Origin: Actinomycetota bacterium
GTDB lineage: Bacteria; Actinomycetota; UBA4738; HRBIN12
Assembly: GCA_035762085.1 (NCBI GenBank)
Contig: DASTPT010000033.1
Location: 292 to 64,291, forward strand
DNA length: 64,000 nucleotides
Direction: 5' to 3'
Positions 32,091 through 42,221 of the stretch are shown here, piece by piece. The notes below the pieces were generated by a model, which searched no databases, was not told the origin of the DNA, and saw nothing but the letters and a program-made list of their open reading frames with translations. The stretch's first letter is position 1. Each line of letters starts with the position of its first letter. The position numbers and the translations under genes were made by a program.

Positions 32091-32688
32091 TCGCGATGCC
32101 CACCAGGAGCATCGCGCGTGCGGTCTTCGGGTCGGCCTCCCGGTTCACGAGCCACGCGATGAGCCCGCCCAGCCACCCCAGGAAGATCGGGAGCAGCCAC
32201 CAGGCGCCGTTCACCGGCTTGCGGACCGGCACGCCGAGCGATGCCTGCTCCCCGCTCGGGACCTCGGGCACCGCCGCCCGGCCGGAGGTCATGCCGACCT
32301 CGGCGCGGTAGGGCTCCATGCTCGCGTACATCGACCACGCCTGACGCCAGCCGTCGTCGGTCCGCGGGAACCGGCGCACCGGCGCCCCTGGCTGCAGGCG
32401 GTCCCAGATCCCGAAGAAGTCGATGCCGTACCCGAGGAGGTACCGCTGCCCCGAGTGGCTGTACTGCAGCGCCTCGTCCTCGGGGCGCATCGCGGCCGGC
32501 GCGGGCGTCTGCCAGGACGGCGCGGGGGCGGCCTCTGGCGCGGGCGGGGCCGGGACGGCGGCGGGTCTGGCAGGCGTTCCGGGCTGCGTCCCGTACGCCG
32601 GCGCCCCGCGCTCGAGCGCCGACCCACAGTACCGGCAGGCGGTCGCGTCGTCCGGGACCTGCTCCGCGCAGTAGGGGCACGTCTTCAT
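32032..32688 (-). CDS. Zinc-ribbon domain protein with Pro-rich linker and C-terminal TM helices.
   Basis: MKTCPYCAEQVPDDATACRYCGSAL; C-terminal WWLLPIFLGWLGGLIAWLV. Confidence 0.55.
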   Translation of the reverse strand: MKTCPYCAEQVPDDATACRYCGSALERGAPAYGTQPGTPARPAAVPAPPAPEAAPAPSWQTPAPAAMRPEDEALQYSHSGQRYLLGYGIDFFGIWDRLQPGAPVRRFPRTDDGWRQAWSMYASMEPYRAEVGMTSGRAAVPEVPSGEQASLGVPVRKPVNGAWWLLPIFLGWLGGLIAWLVNREADPKTARAMLLVGIAISLAVALLAGLLSTSVDLP

Positions 32689-32775
32689 GGCGTCGGCATC
32701 GTACCCGCGGACGATGGCGGGAAGCGAGGAACCCGGCCACGTGCGGCCGGGTTCCAGGGGGCGAGCGGGTGCGCC

Positions 32776-33237
32776 CTAGGCGAGCCCCTCGTTCGTGGGC
32801 GCGGCTGGCATCGCCGCCGGCTCCTGGAGGCGCATCCAGGCACCGTACGCGACGCCGAGCGCGAGGATCAGCCCGATGAACGCGCCGAAGGCGGGCTCGT
32901 TGGTCACCGCGTAGATGAACTTGATGAGGACGAGCGCGGCGACCGCGAAGCCGAGATAGGCGCTGATCCTCGAGGCCGGCTGGCCGACGTTGACGTCCGT
33001 CCCGGCGACCTGCAGCCCCTCCCAGACGATGAGCGCGATGAGCACCAGGCCGCCGAGGAGCCCGAAGAAGCCGCCGCTTCCTCCCCACATGTTCTCCGAG
33101 AGACAGAGGACGTCGGCGACACACACCTCCTGCCATGCGAAGAAGGAGAAGATGAGCAGCAGGATCCCCGAGCCGAGCAGGACCTTGCTCCCCATCGACA
33201 TCTTCGACATGTCGAAACCGGAGCTGCTCTGCGCCAT
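32776..33237 (-). CDS. Small membrane protein, 4 TM, unknown function.
   Basis: ATG preceded by AAAGGAGA RBS. 153 aa. Confidence 0.6.
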   Translation of the reverse strand: MAQSSSGFDMSKMSMGSKVLLGSGILLLIFSFFAWQEVCVADVLCLSENMWGGSGGFFGLLGGLVLIALIVWEGLQVAGTDVNVGQPASRISAYLGFAVAALVLIKFIYAVTNEPAFGAFIGLILALGVAYGAWMRLQEPAAMPAAPTNEGLA

Positions 33238-33307
33238 GAAGTCTCCTTTCGCGACGTCGCCAGGTTGCGACCCGCGTAATTAGATTGCCCGGCGGGGACC
33301 GAGTCAA

Positions 33308-33898
33308 CTACGTGGGCACCGATGCCGCACGACGGGCGCGGATCTCGACCAGGGTGCTCGTGCAGGCGATCGCTCCGCCGGCGAAGGCCACCCACGGCCC
33401 GATCCACGTGCGCGCGAACGCCGGCGGATGCCACACGGAGAGCAGCGCGGCGACGCACGCGACGCCGGCGAGGACCGCGATCGCGGTGTCGAGGAAGGAG
33501 GGAGGCCGGAGCAGCGCTCGGCGCGCGCCCCACGCGAGGAGCGCGAGGACGACGGCGACGACCGTGAGCGTCGCCCATCGGATCGGCTCGCCCCACGCGC
33601 CGAACGCCCCCGATCCGACCCCGAACCGGCTCCACGGCAGCACCGTCCCGAGGAGCGCCAAAGCGAGACCGGCGCCGGCGATCAGCTGCAGGACCGTGAC
33701 GGGCGGGCGGACGATCCTCGGCAGGTCCGAGCCGAAGGGCTCGGGGAGACACTCGGCGCCGAGGACCTCGCCCCGCACCGGCACGGCGCACGACAGGCAG
33801 AGGGGGCGCCCGCACCCCTCGCACCGAGCGACGGCGGACCGCGTGGGGTGCTGGTCGCAGCGCTCGAGGCTCCTGGTGCTCCGCTCCTCCACCGGCAC
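33308..33898 (-). CDS. B-box-type zinc-finger membrane protein. Start uncertain: the track start at 34012 would overlap the divergent purN by 40 bp; an internal GTG around 33898 is proposed.
   Basis: ERCDQHPTRSAVARCEGCGRPLCLSCAV Cys/His cluster followed by 4 TM helices. Confidence 0.4.
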   Translation of the reverse strand: MPVEERSTRSLERCDQHPTRSAVARCEGCGRPLCLSCAVPVRGEVLGAECLPEPFGSDLPRIVRPPVTVLQLIAGAGLALALLGTVLPWSRFGVGSGAFGAWGEPIRWATLTVVAVVLALLAWGARRALLRPPSFLDTAIAVLAGVACVAALLSVWHPPAFARTWIGPWVAFAGGAIACTSTLVEIRARRAASVPT

Positions 33899-33971
33899 GG
33901 CGAAAGCGTAGCGCCTGCGTTGGCCGGGACGTGTTCGACGGCGACGGTCGCCTGCGCTAGCGTGGACGGAC

Positions 33972-34586
33972 GTGAACGCCCGCCTCGCGGTGCTCGCCTC
34001 CGGGACCGGCACGAACCTCCAGGCCCTGATGGACGACCCCGCCGTCGGCCCGCACGTGGCGCTCGTTGTCTCGGACCGTGCCCAGGCGATGGCGCTGCGG
34101 CGCGCGCGGGACCGCCAGATCGCGACCGCGGTCTGCCGTCCGGCGGATCATCCCGACCGGGCGGCCCACGACCGCGCGCTCCGTGACCTCCTGATGGCCG
34201 AGGGCATCGACTGCGTCGCGCTCGCCGGCTACATGCGGATCGTGGGGCCCGAGCTCATCGCGGCGTTCCCCGAACGGATCGTGAACCTGCATCCTGCGCT
34301 CCTGCCGGCCTTCCCCGGGATGCGCTCGGTGGCAGACGCCCTCGAGTGGGGCGTGAAGGTCACCGGGGTCACCGTGCACCTGGTGGACGAGGAGGTCGAT
34401 CACGGACCGATCGTGGCGCAGGAGCCCGTCCCGGTCCTGCCCGGCGACGACCTCGACTCGCTGCTCGCCCGCGTGCACGAGACCGAACACGAGATCTTCC
34501 CCAAGGCGGTCCGCGCCCTCGTCGAGGGGCGGCTGAAGGTCGAGGGTCGTGTGGTGCACGTCCTCGAGGAGGAGGGTGAGGGATGA
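33972..34586 (+). CDS. purN: Phosphoribosylglycinamide formyltransferase.
   Basis: 204 aa. LAVLASGTGTNLQAL, NLHPALLPAFPG, formyl transferase. Confidence 0.92.
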   Translation: MNARLAVLASGTGTNLQALMDDPAVGPHVALVVSDRAQAMALRRARDRQIATAVCRPADHPDRAAHDRALRDLLMAEGIDCVALAGYMRIVGPELIAAFPERIVNLHPALLPAFPGMRSVADALEWGVKVTGVTVHLVDEEVDHGPIVAQEPVPVLPGDDLDSLLARVHETEHEIFPKAVRALVEGRLKVEGRVVHVLEEEGEG

Positions 34587-36121
34587 GCGACGTCCGTCCT
34601 GTCCGCAGGGCGCTGCTTGCCGTCTACGACAAGTCCGGGGTCGTCGAGCTCGCGCGCGCGCTCGTCGAACAGGGGGTGGCGCTCGTCTCCTCGGGCGGGA
34701 CGGCGCAGACGCTCCGCGACGCCGGCATCCCGGTCACCCCGGTCGAGGAGGTCACCGGCTCGCCCGAGATGCTCGACGGGCGGGTCAAGACGCTCCACCC
34801 GAGGATCCACGCAGGGATCCTCGCCGATCGCCGCAAGCCCGACCACGAGGCCCAGCTCGCCGAGCACGGGATCGAGCCGTTCGATCTGGTCGTCGTGAAC
34901 CTCTACCCGTTCCGCGAGACCGTCGCGAGCGGCGCCGGCCCCGAGGACGTCATCGAGAAGATCGACATCGGTGGCCCGACGATGGTGCGGGCCGCGGCGA
35001 AGAACTTCGAGTCGGTCGGCATCGTCGTGAGCCCGGCCCGGTACGGGGACGTGCTGGAGGAGATCCGACGCCAGGGCGGCCTGACCCGGGAGCTGCGACG
35101 GACGCTCGCGGCCGAGGCCTTCGCGCACACCGCGGGCTACGACGCCGCCGTGGCGGGCTGGTTCGCCGCCGAGCCCCAGACGCTCCCGGGCTTCGTCGGC
35201 ACGGCGTTCGAGAAGCTCGAGGATCTGCGCTACGGCGAGAACCCGCACCAGCGCGGCGCGCTGTACGCGGAGGCCGCCGGGCCCGGCCCGCTCGGCGGCG
35301 CGCAGGTGCTGATCGCCGGCAAGGAGATGTCGTTCAACAACTGGCTGGACCTCGATGCGGCGTACGCGCTCGCCGCGGGGTTCGAGGAGCCCGCCGCGGT
35401 CATCGTGAAGCACAACAACCCGTGCGGGGCGGCGGTCGGCGGCTCGCTGGCCGACGCCTACGGGCGCGCGTTCGAGTCCGACACGGTCTCGGCGTTCGGC
35501 GGGATCGTTGCCTTCAACCGCGAGGCCGGGGAGGACGCCGCGCGCGCGATGGCCGACGTCTTCACCGAGGTCGTCGTGGCGCCCGCGTTCACCGAGGGCG
35601 CGCTCACGGCGTTCGGCGCGCGGAAGTCGCTGCGCGTCGTCCGGGCGCCGCTGCCGGCCGCCGGAGGGCTCGACGTGCGGCTCCTGCCGGGCGGGGCGCT
35701 CGTGCAGGACCGCGACGTCGTCGCCGAGCGGCGCGAGGACATGGAGGTCGTCTCGGACCGCGAGCCCACCGAGGACGAGTGGCGGGACCTCCTGTTCGCG
35801 TGGACGGTCGCCATGCGGGTCAAGTCGAACGCGATCGTGTTCGCTCGGGAACGGGCGACCGTCGGCGTCGGCGCCGGGCAGATGTCGCGGGTGGACTCGT
35901 CGTTCCTGGCCGTCCGCAAGGCCGGCGATCGTGCGAAGGGCGCCGTGATGGCGAGCGACGCGTTCTTCCCGTTCCCCGACGCGGTCGAGGTCGCGGCCGA
36001 GGCCGGCGTCACGGCCGTCATCCACCCCGGCGGCTCGATCCGCGACGACGACGTCCTGTCGGTCGCGCAGTCGCGCGGGATGGCCGTGGTGGTGACCGGC
36101 CGGCGGCACTTCCGACACTGA
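34583..36121 (+). CDS. purH: Bifunctional AICAR transformylase/IMP cyclohydrolase.
   Basis: 512 aa. ALLAVYDKSGVVELARAL (MGS-like), AICARFT domain. ATGA overlap with purN. Confidence 0.95.
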   Translation: MSDVRPVRRALLAVYDKSGVVELARALVEQGVALVSSGGTAQTLRDAGIPVTPVEEVTGSPEMLDGRVKTLHPRIHAGILADRRKPDHEAQLAEHGIEPFDLVVVNLYPFRETVASGAGPEDVIEKIDIGGPTMVRAAAKNFESVGIVVSPARYGDVLEEIRRQGGLTRELRRTLAAEAFAHTAGYDAAVAGWFAAEPQTLPGFVGTAFEKLEDLRYGENPHQRGALYAEAAGPGPLGGAQVLIAGKEMSFNNWLDLDAAYALAAGFEEPAAVIVKHNNPCGAAVGGSLADAYGRAFESDTVSAFGGIVAFNREAGEDAARAMADVFTEVVVAPAFTEGALTAFGARKSLRVVRAPLPAAGGLDVRLLPGGALVQDRDVVAERREDMEVVSDREPTEDEWRDLLFAWTVAMRVKSNAIVFARERATVGVGAGQMSRVDSSFLAVRKAGDRAKGAVMASDAFFPFPDAVEVAAEAGVTAVIHPGGSIRDDDVLSVAQSRGMAVVVTGRRHFRH

Positions 36122-36167
36122 CCTGCGGTCGACCTCGCCTTCCGGCACGGGGGATAGGATTCCTCCC

Positions 36168-37037
36168 ATGACGGCGAGGATCATCGACGGAAAGGCGATC
36201 GCCGCGCAGGTCCGCGCCGAGGTCGCCGTGCGCGCGAAGGGGCTCAGCGAGCGGGGCGCGCAGCCGGGGCTCGCCGCGATCCTCGTCGGCGACCACGCGG
36301 CGTCCGCGATCTACGTCGGGATGAAGCAGAAGGCGTGCGCGGAGGCCGGCATCCTGTCCGAGCGGGTCGACCTGCCGGGCGACGTCCCCGAGGCCGAGGT
36401 CCTGGCCGAGATCGACCGTCTGAACAAGGATCCGCGGATCAGCGGGATCATCGTGCAGCTCCCGGTGCCGGACCACGTGTCCGAGTTCGCCGTGCAGCAG
36501 GCCATCGACCCGGCGAAGGACGTCGACGGGCTGAACCCCACGAACGTCGGGTTCATGTCGCGTGGACACCCCGTGTTCCTGCCGGCCACGCCGTTCGGGA
36601 TCGTCGAGCTCCTCGTGCGTTCGGAGGTCCCGATCGAGGGCGCGGACGTGTGCGTGGTCGGCCGCGGGGACCTGGTGGGGATGCCGCTCGCGATCATGCT
36701 CGCGCAGCGCCACGAGCGCGCGAACGCGACGGTGACGATCTGCCACACGCGGACCCGAGACATCGCCGAGCACACCTCGCGCGCCGACATCGTCATCGCC
36801 GCGGCCGGCAAGGCCGAGATGGTCACGGCGGACATGGTGAAGCCCGGCGCGACCGTGATCGACGTCGGAACGAACCGGGCGCCGGGCGGCGGCCTGGTCG
36901 GCGACGTGCATTTCGAGGGCGTGAAGGAGATCGCGGGCGCGATCACGCCGGTCCCCGGCGGGGTCGGCCCCATGACCGTCGCGATGTTGCTCGTCAACAC
37001 GGTGACCGCCGCGGAGCGGCAGGCCGCCGAGCGGTGA
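36168..37037 (+). CDS. folD: Bifunctional 5,10-methylene-THF dehydrogenase/methenyl-THF cyclohydrolase.
   Basis: 289 aa. IIDGKAIAAQVR...LAAILVGDHAASAIYVGMKQKAC...VVGRGDLVGMPLA. Confidence 0.95.
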   Translation: MTARIIDGKAIAAQVRAEVAVRAKGLSERGAQPGLAAILVGDHAASAIYVGMKQKACAEAGILSERVDLPGDVPEAEVLAEIDRLNKDPRISGIIVQLPVPDHVSEFAVQQAIDPAKDVDGLNPTNVGFMSRGHPVFLPATPFGIVELLVRSEVPIEGADVCVVGRGDLVGMPLAIMLAQRHERANATVTICHTRTRDIAEHTSRADIVIAAAGKAEMVTADMVKPGATVIDVGTNRAPGGGLVGDVHFEGVKEIAGAITPVPGGVGPMTVAMLLVNTVTAAERQAAER

Positions 37038-37957
37038 CGCCCCACAGCCGGCTGGAGCGGCTGGTCCGCTCCGGGACCTTCTGCGTGACCGCCGAGGTCG
37101 TCCCGCCGCGGTCGGCGAACGGCGACGTGGTCCGGGCGCAGGCTCGCGAGCTGGTCGGGTACGCGGACGCCGTGAACGTGACGGACAACCCCCGAGCGGC
37201 CGCGCACATGTCGCCGGTCGCGGGGGCCGCGATCGTGGCGGCGGCGGGTCTCGAGCCGACGATCCAGATCACGTGCCGGGACCGGAACCGCCTGGGACTC
37301 ACCGCGGACCTGCTCGGCGGGTGGGCGCTCGGGGCCCGGAACCTGTTCTGCCTGACCGGGGACCCGGTCGGGGTGGGCGACCAGCCCGACGCGGCGACCG
37401 TGAACGACCTCACGGTCGAGGAGCTGGTGCGTCTGGCGGCAAACCTGCGAGACGAGGGCCGCCTGCCGTCGGGGACCGAGGTCGCCGACCCGCCGCGCTA
37501 CTTCATCGGCGTAGCCGACGTGCCGCTCGCAACCTCGTACGACCCCGCGCGCCTGGAGGTCAAGCTCGACGCGGGGGCGACGTTCGTGATGACCCAGATC
37601 GTCTACGACGTGGAGGCGCTCGCGGCGTGGGTCCAGATCGCGCGGTCCCGTGGGACCGTCGAGCGAGCGTCGCTGATCGCCGGCGTCGCACCGCTGTCGA
37701 GCGCGAAGCAGGCGAGGTTCCTGAACGAGAAGGTCCCGGGCGTCGCGGTGCCCGCCGACCTGATCGCCGCCCTCGAGGACGCCGGGCCAGACGCCGCCGC
37801 CGTCGGCATCGCCCAGTGCGTCGAGGTCGTCGAGCGCCTGCGCTCGCTCGAGGGGATCGCCGGCGTGCACGTGATGGGCATGGGCCACGAGGAGGGCGTC
37901 CGCGCGGTCGTCGAGGGCGCGGACCTGCTCCCACGGCCGGCCACCGTGCCCGTCTAG
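37034..37957 (+). CDS. metF: Methylenetetrahydrofolate reductase-like (MetF family) protein.
   Basis: GTG overlapping the folD stop. FCVTAEVVPPRS...NVTDNPRAAAHMSP...ITCRDRNR typical of MTHFR TIM barrel. Confidence 0.75.
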   Translation: MTPHSRLERLVRSGTFCVTAEVVPPRSANGDVVRAQARELVGYADAVNVTDNPRAAAHMSPVAGAAIVAAAGLEPTIQITCRDRNRLGLTADLLGGWALGARNLFCLTGDPVGVGDQPDAATVNDLTVEELVRLAANLRDEGRLPSGTEVADPPRYFIGVADVPLATSYDPARLEVKLDAGATFVMTQIVYDVEALAAWVQIARSRGTVERASLIAGVAPLSSAKQARFLNEKVPGVAVPADLIAALEDAGPDAAAVGIAQCVEVVERLRSLEGIAGVHVMGMGHEEGVRAVVEGADLLPRPATVPV

Positions 37958-37991
37958 ACTGCCGTCAGCCCATCGTCAGGAGGAGAGAACG

Positions 37992-38447
37992 ATGGCCGAG
38001 ACCGTCACGATCGAGGGCCGCCCGTACCTGAAGCGCAACCCGCTCGGCGTGCTGGGGCTGAGCTTCATCACGATCGGCATCTACTTCCTGTACTGGTACT
38101 ACAGGATCAACGACGAGATCCGGATGGTCGAGCACGACGACACGATCGACCCGACCCGGTCACTCATGGCGATGCTGTTCGGATGGCTGATCATCGTGCC
38201 GCCGTTCATCGCGATGTGGAACACCGCGAACCACGTGCGGCAGATGGAGGAACGGCTGGGTATCCGGCAGGTCCTGGAACCGGCCATCACCATCGTCGTC
38301 ATGTTCATCTTCGCGTTCGTGAACGGGACCTACATCCAGGAACACCTGAACCGGTCCTGGGACGTGGCGTCCTCGGGTGGCCGGCCGGCGATGACCCCGC
38401 CGCCGCCCCCGATCCCCCCCGCGCCTCCCACGCCTCCCACGCCTTGA
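37992..38447 (+). CDS. DUF4234-like small membrane protein with Pro-rich C-terminal tail.
   Basis: AGGAGGAGAGAA RBS. LGLSFITIGIYFLYWYYRINDEI motif. Confidence 0.6.
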   Translation: MAETVTIEGRPYLKRNPLGVLGLSFITIGIYFLYWYYRINDEIRMVEHDDTIDPTRSLMAMLFGWLIIVPPFIAMWNTANHVRQMEERLGIRQVLEPAITIVVMFIFAFVNGTYIQEHLNRSWDVASSGGRPAMTPPPPPIPPAPPTPPTP

Positions 38448-38448
38448 G

Positions 38449-39567
38449 CTAGGAACGCTCGTCGATCGGCGCCCAGCGCTGGTGCCGGGGGCCGACGTAC
38501 TCGGAGTCCGGCCGGATCACGCGGTTGTCCTCGTACTGCTCGCGGACGTGAGCCGTCCAGCCGGTCATCCGGGCGATCGCGAAGATCGGCGTCATGAGAT
38601 CGGTCGGGATGCCGAGCGTGTGGTACACGCTGGCGGCGTAGAAGTCGACGTTTGGGTGGAGCCCCTTCTGCTCGGCCACCGTGCGCTCGATCTCGTCCGA
38701 GATCAGGAACCACCGCAGGTCGCCGTGCCGCTCACCGACCTCGCGGGACAGGCGTTTCAGCACGGCCGCGCGAGGGTCCATCGTCTTGTAGACGGCGTGG
38801 CCGAACCCCATGATCTTCTGCTTGCGCGCCAGGCGGTCGGCGACGTAGGCCTCGGCGCGCTGGGGGGTGCCCACCTCCTCGAGCATCTTCATGGCCTCCT
38901 CGTTCGCGCCGCCGTGCAGCGGTCCCTTCAGGCAGGCGATCGCGCCGGTGATCGCCGAGAACATGTCGGCGAGCGTGGAGGCGATGATCCGTGCGGTGAA
39001 CGTGGAGGCGTTCATCGTGTGGTCGGCATAGAGCGTGAACGTCGTGTCGAGCACGTCGGCGTCCTCCTGCGACGGCTCCTCGCCGAGGAGCATCGTGAGG
39101 AAGTTGGCGGCGTGCGGCAGCTTCGGGTTCGGGGGCACGACCTCCAGACCGGTACGCATCCGGTGGTACATCGCGAGCAGCGTGGGCGTCTTCGAGATCA
39201 GCCGGAGGGCCTTGCGCTCGTTCGCCTCGGCCGAGTTGTCCCAGCCGTCAGGGTCGTAGGCCGAGGCGGCCGACACGCTGGTCCGGAGCATGGACATCGG
39301 CGAGGTCTGCTGCGCGAGGGTCGGCATCAGGTTCCGGAGGAACCGGGAGACCTCGCGCTCCTCGACCATGAAGTCCGTGAGCTCGTCGAGCTCGGCGCGG
39401 TTCGGCAGGTGGAGGTGGTGCAGGAGGTAGACGGTCTCCTCGAACGTGGCGTTGCGCGCCAGGTCCTCGATCTCGTAGCCCACGTACCACAGACGCCCGC
39501 GGGAGCCATCGATGTCCGAGATGCTCGTCGCCGCCGCGACGACCTCGCGCAGTCCCTTCTCCGTCAC
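38449..39567 (-). CDS. gltA: Citrate synthase (short Gram-positive/archaeal-type, ~372 aa). Alternative upstream ATG at 39642.
   Basis: GLREVVAAATSISDIDGSRGRLWYVGYEIEDLA; GPLHGGANEE; MGFGHAVYKTMDPRA. Confidence 0.88.
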   Translation of the reverse strand: MTEKGLREVVAAATSISDIDGSRGRLWYVGYEIEDLARNATFEETVYLLHHLHLPNRAELDELTDFMVEEREVSRFLRNLMPTLAQQTSPMSMLRTSVSAASAYDPDGWDNSAEANERKALRLISKTPTLLAMYHRMRTGLEVVPPNPKLPHAANFLTMLLGEEPSQEDADVLDTTFTLYADHTMNASTFTARIIASTLADMFSAITGAIACLKGPLHGGANEEAMKMLEEVGTPQRAEAYVADRLARKQKIMGFGHAVYKTMDPRAAVLKRLSREVGERHGDLRWFLISDEIERTVAEQKGLHPNVDFYAASVYHTLGIPTDLMTPIFAIARMTGWTAHVREQYEDNRVIRPDSEYVGPRHQRWAPIDERS

Positions 39568-39734
39568 GCCATCACCCGCTCCATCGCTCGACCGTCCCCT
39601 GGCCGGGGTGAACCCGATGAGCCTACCGCGGACGGCCGTCATGGTCGGAAGGTCGCCACGGCTCCCGGCCCGGTCTCCCGGCACGGTCGAGCGACTAGGA
39701 TGCGGGGGTTCGACGACCCCAAGGAGCCTTCGAC

Positions 39735-40658
39735 ATGCGCATCACGATCATCGGGAGCGGGTTCGTGGGCCAGACCGCGGCCATGCGGCTGGTGGAGCGC
39801 GGCCTCGGCGAGATCGTCCTGATCGACATCGTCGAGGGGCTGCCGCAGGGCCTCGCGCTCGACATGAAGGAGTCGAGTCCGGTCGTTGGGTTCGAGCCCG
39901 CCGTGGTCGGCACGAACGACTACGCGGACACCGCGGGCTCCGACGTGGTGGTGATCACCGCCGGGTTCCCTCGCCAACCGGGGATGAGCCGGATGGACCT
40001 GCTCGGCAAGAACGCCGGCATCGTGCGCAGCGTCGTCCAGCAGGTGGCGCCCGGCTCGCCCGACGCGATCGTCATCGTGGTCACGAACCCCCTCGACGAG
40101 ATGACCTACCTGGCCGCCGAGGTCTCGGGGTTCCCCAAGGAGCGCGTGATGGGGATGGCAGGAGTGCTGGACTCGGCGCGGCTCCGCTACTTCATCGCCG
40201 AGGAGCTGGGCGTCTCGCCGCTCGACGTCGAGGCGATGACGCTGGGCTCGCACGGCGAGGCGATGGTCCCGCTGCCGCGACAGGCCAGCGTCGGGGGCAA
40301 GCCGCTCACCGAGCTCGTGGACGACGCCACGCTCGAGCGCCTGTACTCGCGCACGCGGGACGCCGGCGCCGAGATCGTCGCGCTGCTGAAGAAGGGGAGC
40401 GCGTACTACGCGCCCTCGGCCTCGGTCGCGAAGATGGTGGAGGCGATCGCCGCGGGCTCGGACGAGGTTCTCCCCGTGTGCGCGTGGACGACCGGCCAGT
40501 ACGGGATCGACGGCGTCTACGTCGGGGTCCCGGCCCGCCTGTCGCGCCGCGGCGTGGAGGAGATCGTCGAGCTCGACCTGAACGACGACGAGATCGGAGC
40601 GCTCCGGGCAGCGGCCGAGGGCATCCGGGCCAAATGCCTGGACCTGTCCCAGGTGTGA
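39735..40658 (+). CDS. mdh: Malate dehydrogenase (LDH-like MDH).
   Basis: MRITIIGSGFVGQTAA, VVITAGFPRQPGMSRMDLL, 307 aa. AAGGAG RBS. Confidence 0.92.
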   Translation: MRITIIGSGFVGQTAAMRLVERGLGEIVLIDIVEGLPQGLALDMKESSPVVGFEPAVVGTNDYADTAGSDVVVITAGFPRQPGMSRMDLLGKNAGIVRSVVQQVAPGSPDAIVIVVTNPLDEMTYLAAEVSGFPKERVMGMAGVLDSARLRYFIAEELGVSPLDVEAMTLGSHGEAMVPLPRQASVGGKPLTELVDDATLERLYSRTRDAGAEIVALLKKGSAYYAPSASVAKMVEAIAAGSDEVLPVCAWTTGQYGIDGVYVGVPARLSRRGVEEIVELDLNDDEIGALRAAAEGIRAKCLDLSQV

Positions 40659-40660
40659 GC

Positions 40661-41317
40661 TCAGGGCGCCGGCGCCGGGTCGGCCGCAGCGGCGTCCCCC
40701 GGCGGGATCGGTGCGGCCGCCCGCTGCCTGACCCACAGGAGGCCCAGCGCGCCGCCGACGTCGATCAGCACCCCGCCGACCACGGCGACCGCGACCCCGG
40801 GCCCCAGGTCCACCCGCAGCTGATCGCCGATCTGCTCCTCGAGCTCGGCCCGGATCGCGGCGGGGTCCTCGCCGAGCTGCTCGGCCAGGCCGGTCGCCAT
40901 CTCGTCGAGCCCCTCCGAGCCGCCGAACCGCGCGTCCGCGCGCATCGCCACCGACAGCGCGAGCGCGATGACGAGCGCCCCGAGCGTGGCGATACCGAAA
41001 GCGATCGCCCTGCGCGTCTCGGTCCCGGGCACCAGGCGCATCGCGAGCATGCCGACCAGCGCGAGCGCGGCGGAGGCTAGTACGACCTTGCCCTCCCAGA
41101 CGTCGACGCCCTTCACGGCGACGTCCAGCGTGCCCTGTTCGTCCCCCGGGAAGCCCAGGATCGCCCAGTCCAGCACGGCCCCCAGCCCAGCAACCACGGC
41201 CCCCGCGACCAGGAACAGGAAGCCCCAAAGGCGGATCGGCGTGGGGCGTGCGGTGGACAGGATCTCGGGACGTTCGGGCACGTTGGGCAGTGTCCCACGG
41301 CCGCGGTGGGGGTCCAA
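40661..41317 (-). CDS. Hypothetical membrane protein (4 TM, acidic C-terminal region).
   Basis: 218-aa track ORF; no recognisable domain. Confidence 0.4.
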   Translation of the reverse strand: MDPHRGRGTLPNVPERPEILSTARPTPIRLWGFLFLVAGAVVAGLGAVLDWAILGFPGDEQGTLDVAVKGVDVWEGKVVLASAALALVGMLAMRLVPGTETRRAIAFGIATLGALVIALALSVAMRADARFGGSEGLDEMATGLAEQLGEDPAAIRAELEEQIGDQLRVDLGPGVAVAVVGGVLIDVGGALGLLWVRQRAAAPIPPGDAAAADPAPAP

Positions 41318-41365
41318 GCAGCGTGCCTACGATGGCGCCGGAAGCCGTTGAGAGGATGGCGCGTG

Positions 41366-42220
41366 ATGGGCGACCTGCGTGAGATCGACGCGGCGGAGAT
41401 CACCCGGACCGTCCGGGAGCTCTGCATGGAGATCAACTACACGGTGCCCGAGGACCTGGTCGCGGCGGTGGCGCGAGCGCGCAAGGACGAGGAGTCCGCG
41501 CTCGGCCGCCAGATCCTGGACCTCGTGCTTCGCAACGCCAAGCTCGCCGCCGAGGGCGAGTACCCGTACTGTCAGGACACCGGCTCGACCGTCGTGTTCA
41601 TCGACGTCGGGCAGGACGTCCACATCGTCGGCGCCGACCTCGCCGACGCGATCGACGAGGGCGTCCGCACGGGGTACACGGACGCGTACCTCCGGAAGTC
41701 GATCGTCGACGACCCGCTCTTCGAGCGCAAGAACACCGGCGACAACACACCGGCGTTCGTCCACACGCGGATCGTCCCCGGCGACCAGATCAGGATCCAG
41801 GTGGATGCGAAGGGCGGCGGCTCGGAGAACAAGGGCAAGCACGCGATGCTGAAGCCCTCGGACGGCCTGGAGGGCGTGACGAGGTTCGTGCTCCAGGCCG
41901 TCGTCGACGCCGGGCCCGACGCCTGCCCACCCGGGATCATCGGGGTCGGCATCGGCGGGAACTTCGAGTACTCGGCGATCCTGGCCAAGCGCGCGCTGAT
42001 GCGCAAGGTCGGCCAGCCGAATCCCGAGCCGCGCATCGCGGACCTGGAGGCGGACCTGTTCGAGAAGTGCAACGCGCTCGGCATCGGGCCGCAGTCCCTG
42101 GGCGGGACGCAAACGGTCCTGGCCGTGCACGTCGAGATGATGCCGACGCACATCGCGTCGCTGCCCGTGGCGGTGAACATCGAGTGCCACGCGCACCGGA
42201 CCGGAACGAGGGTGATCTGA
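41366..42220 (+). CDS. fumA: Class I (Fe-S) fumarate hydratase, alpha subunit (hydro-lyase, tartrate/fumarate family).
   Basis: Internal ATG MGDLREIDAAEITRTV with GAGAGGATGG RBS. YPYCQDTGSTVVFIDVGQD; GIGGNFE. Confidence 0.88.
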   Translation: MGDLREIDAAEITRTVRELCMEINYTVPEDLVAAVARARKDEESALGRQILDLVLRNAKLAAEGEYPYCQDTGSTVVFIDVGQDVHIVGADLADAIDEGVRTGYTDAYLRKSIVDDPLFERKNTGDNTPAFVHTRIVPGDQIRIQVDAKGGGSENKGKHAMLKPSDGLEGVTRFVLQAVVDAGPDACPPGIIGVGIGGNFEYSAILAKRALMRKVGQPNPEPRIADLEADLFEKCNALGIGPQSLGGTQTVLAVHVEMMPTHIASLPVAVNIECHAHRTGTRVI

Positions 42221-42221
42221 G

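Noticed and set aside
33972-34012. Track start (GTG at 34012) of the B-box membrane protein overlapping purN by 40 bp.
   Set aside because: A 40-bp divergent coding overlap is unlikely. An internal GTG (~33898) is proposed instead, but the start remains uncertain.
39700-39734. tRNA-like T-arm motif GGGGGTTCGACGACCCC upstream of mdh.
   Set aside because: It is an isolated short hairpin in the mdh 5'-UTR. No acceptor, D or anticodon arms could be built around it.
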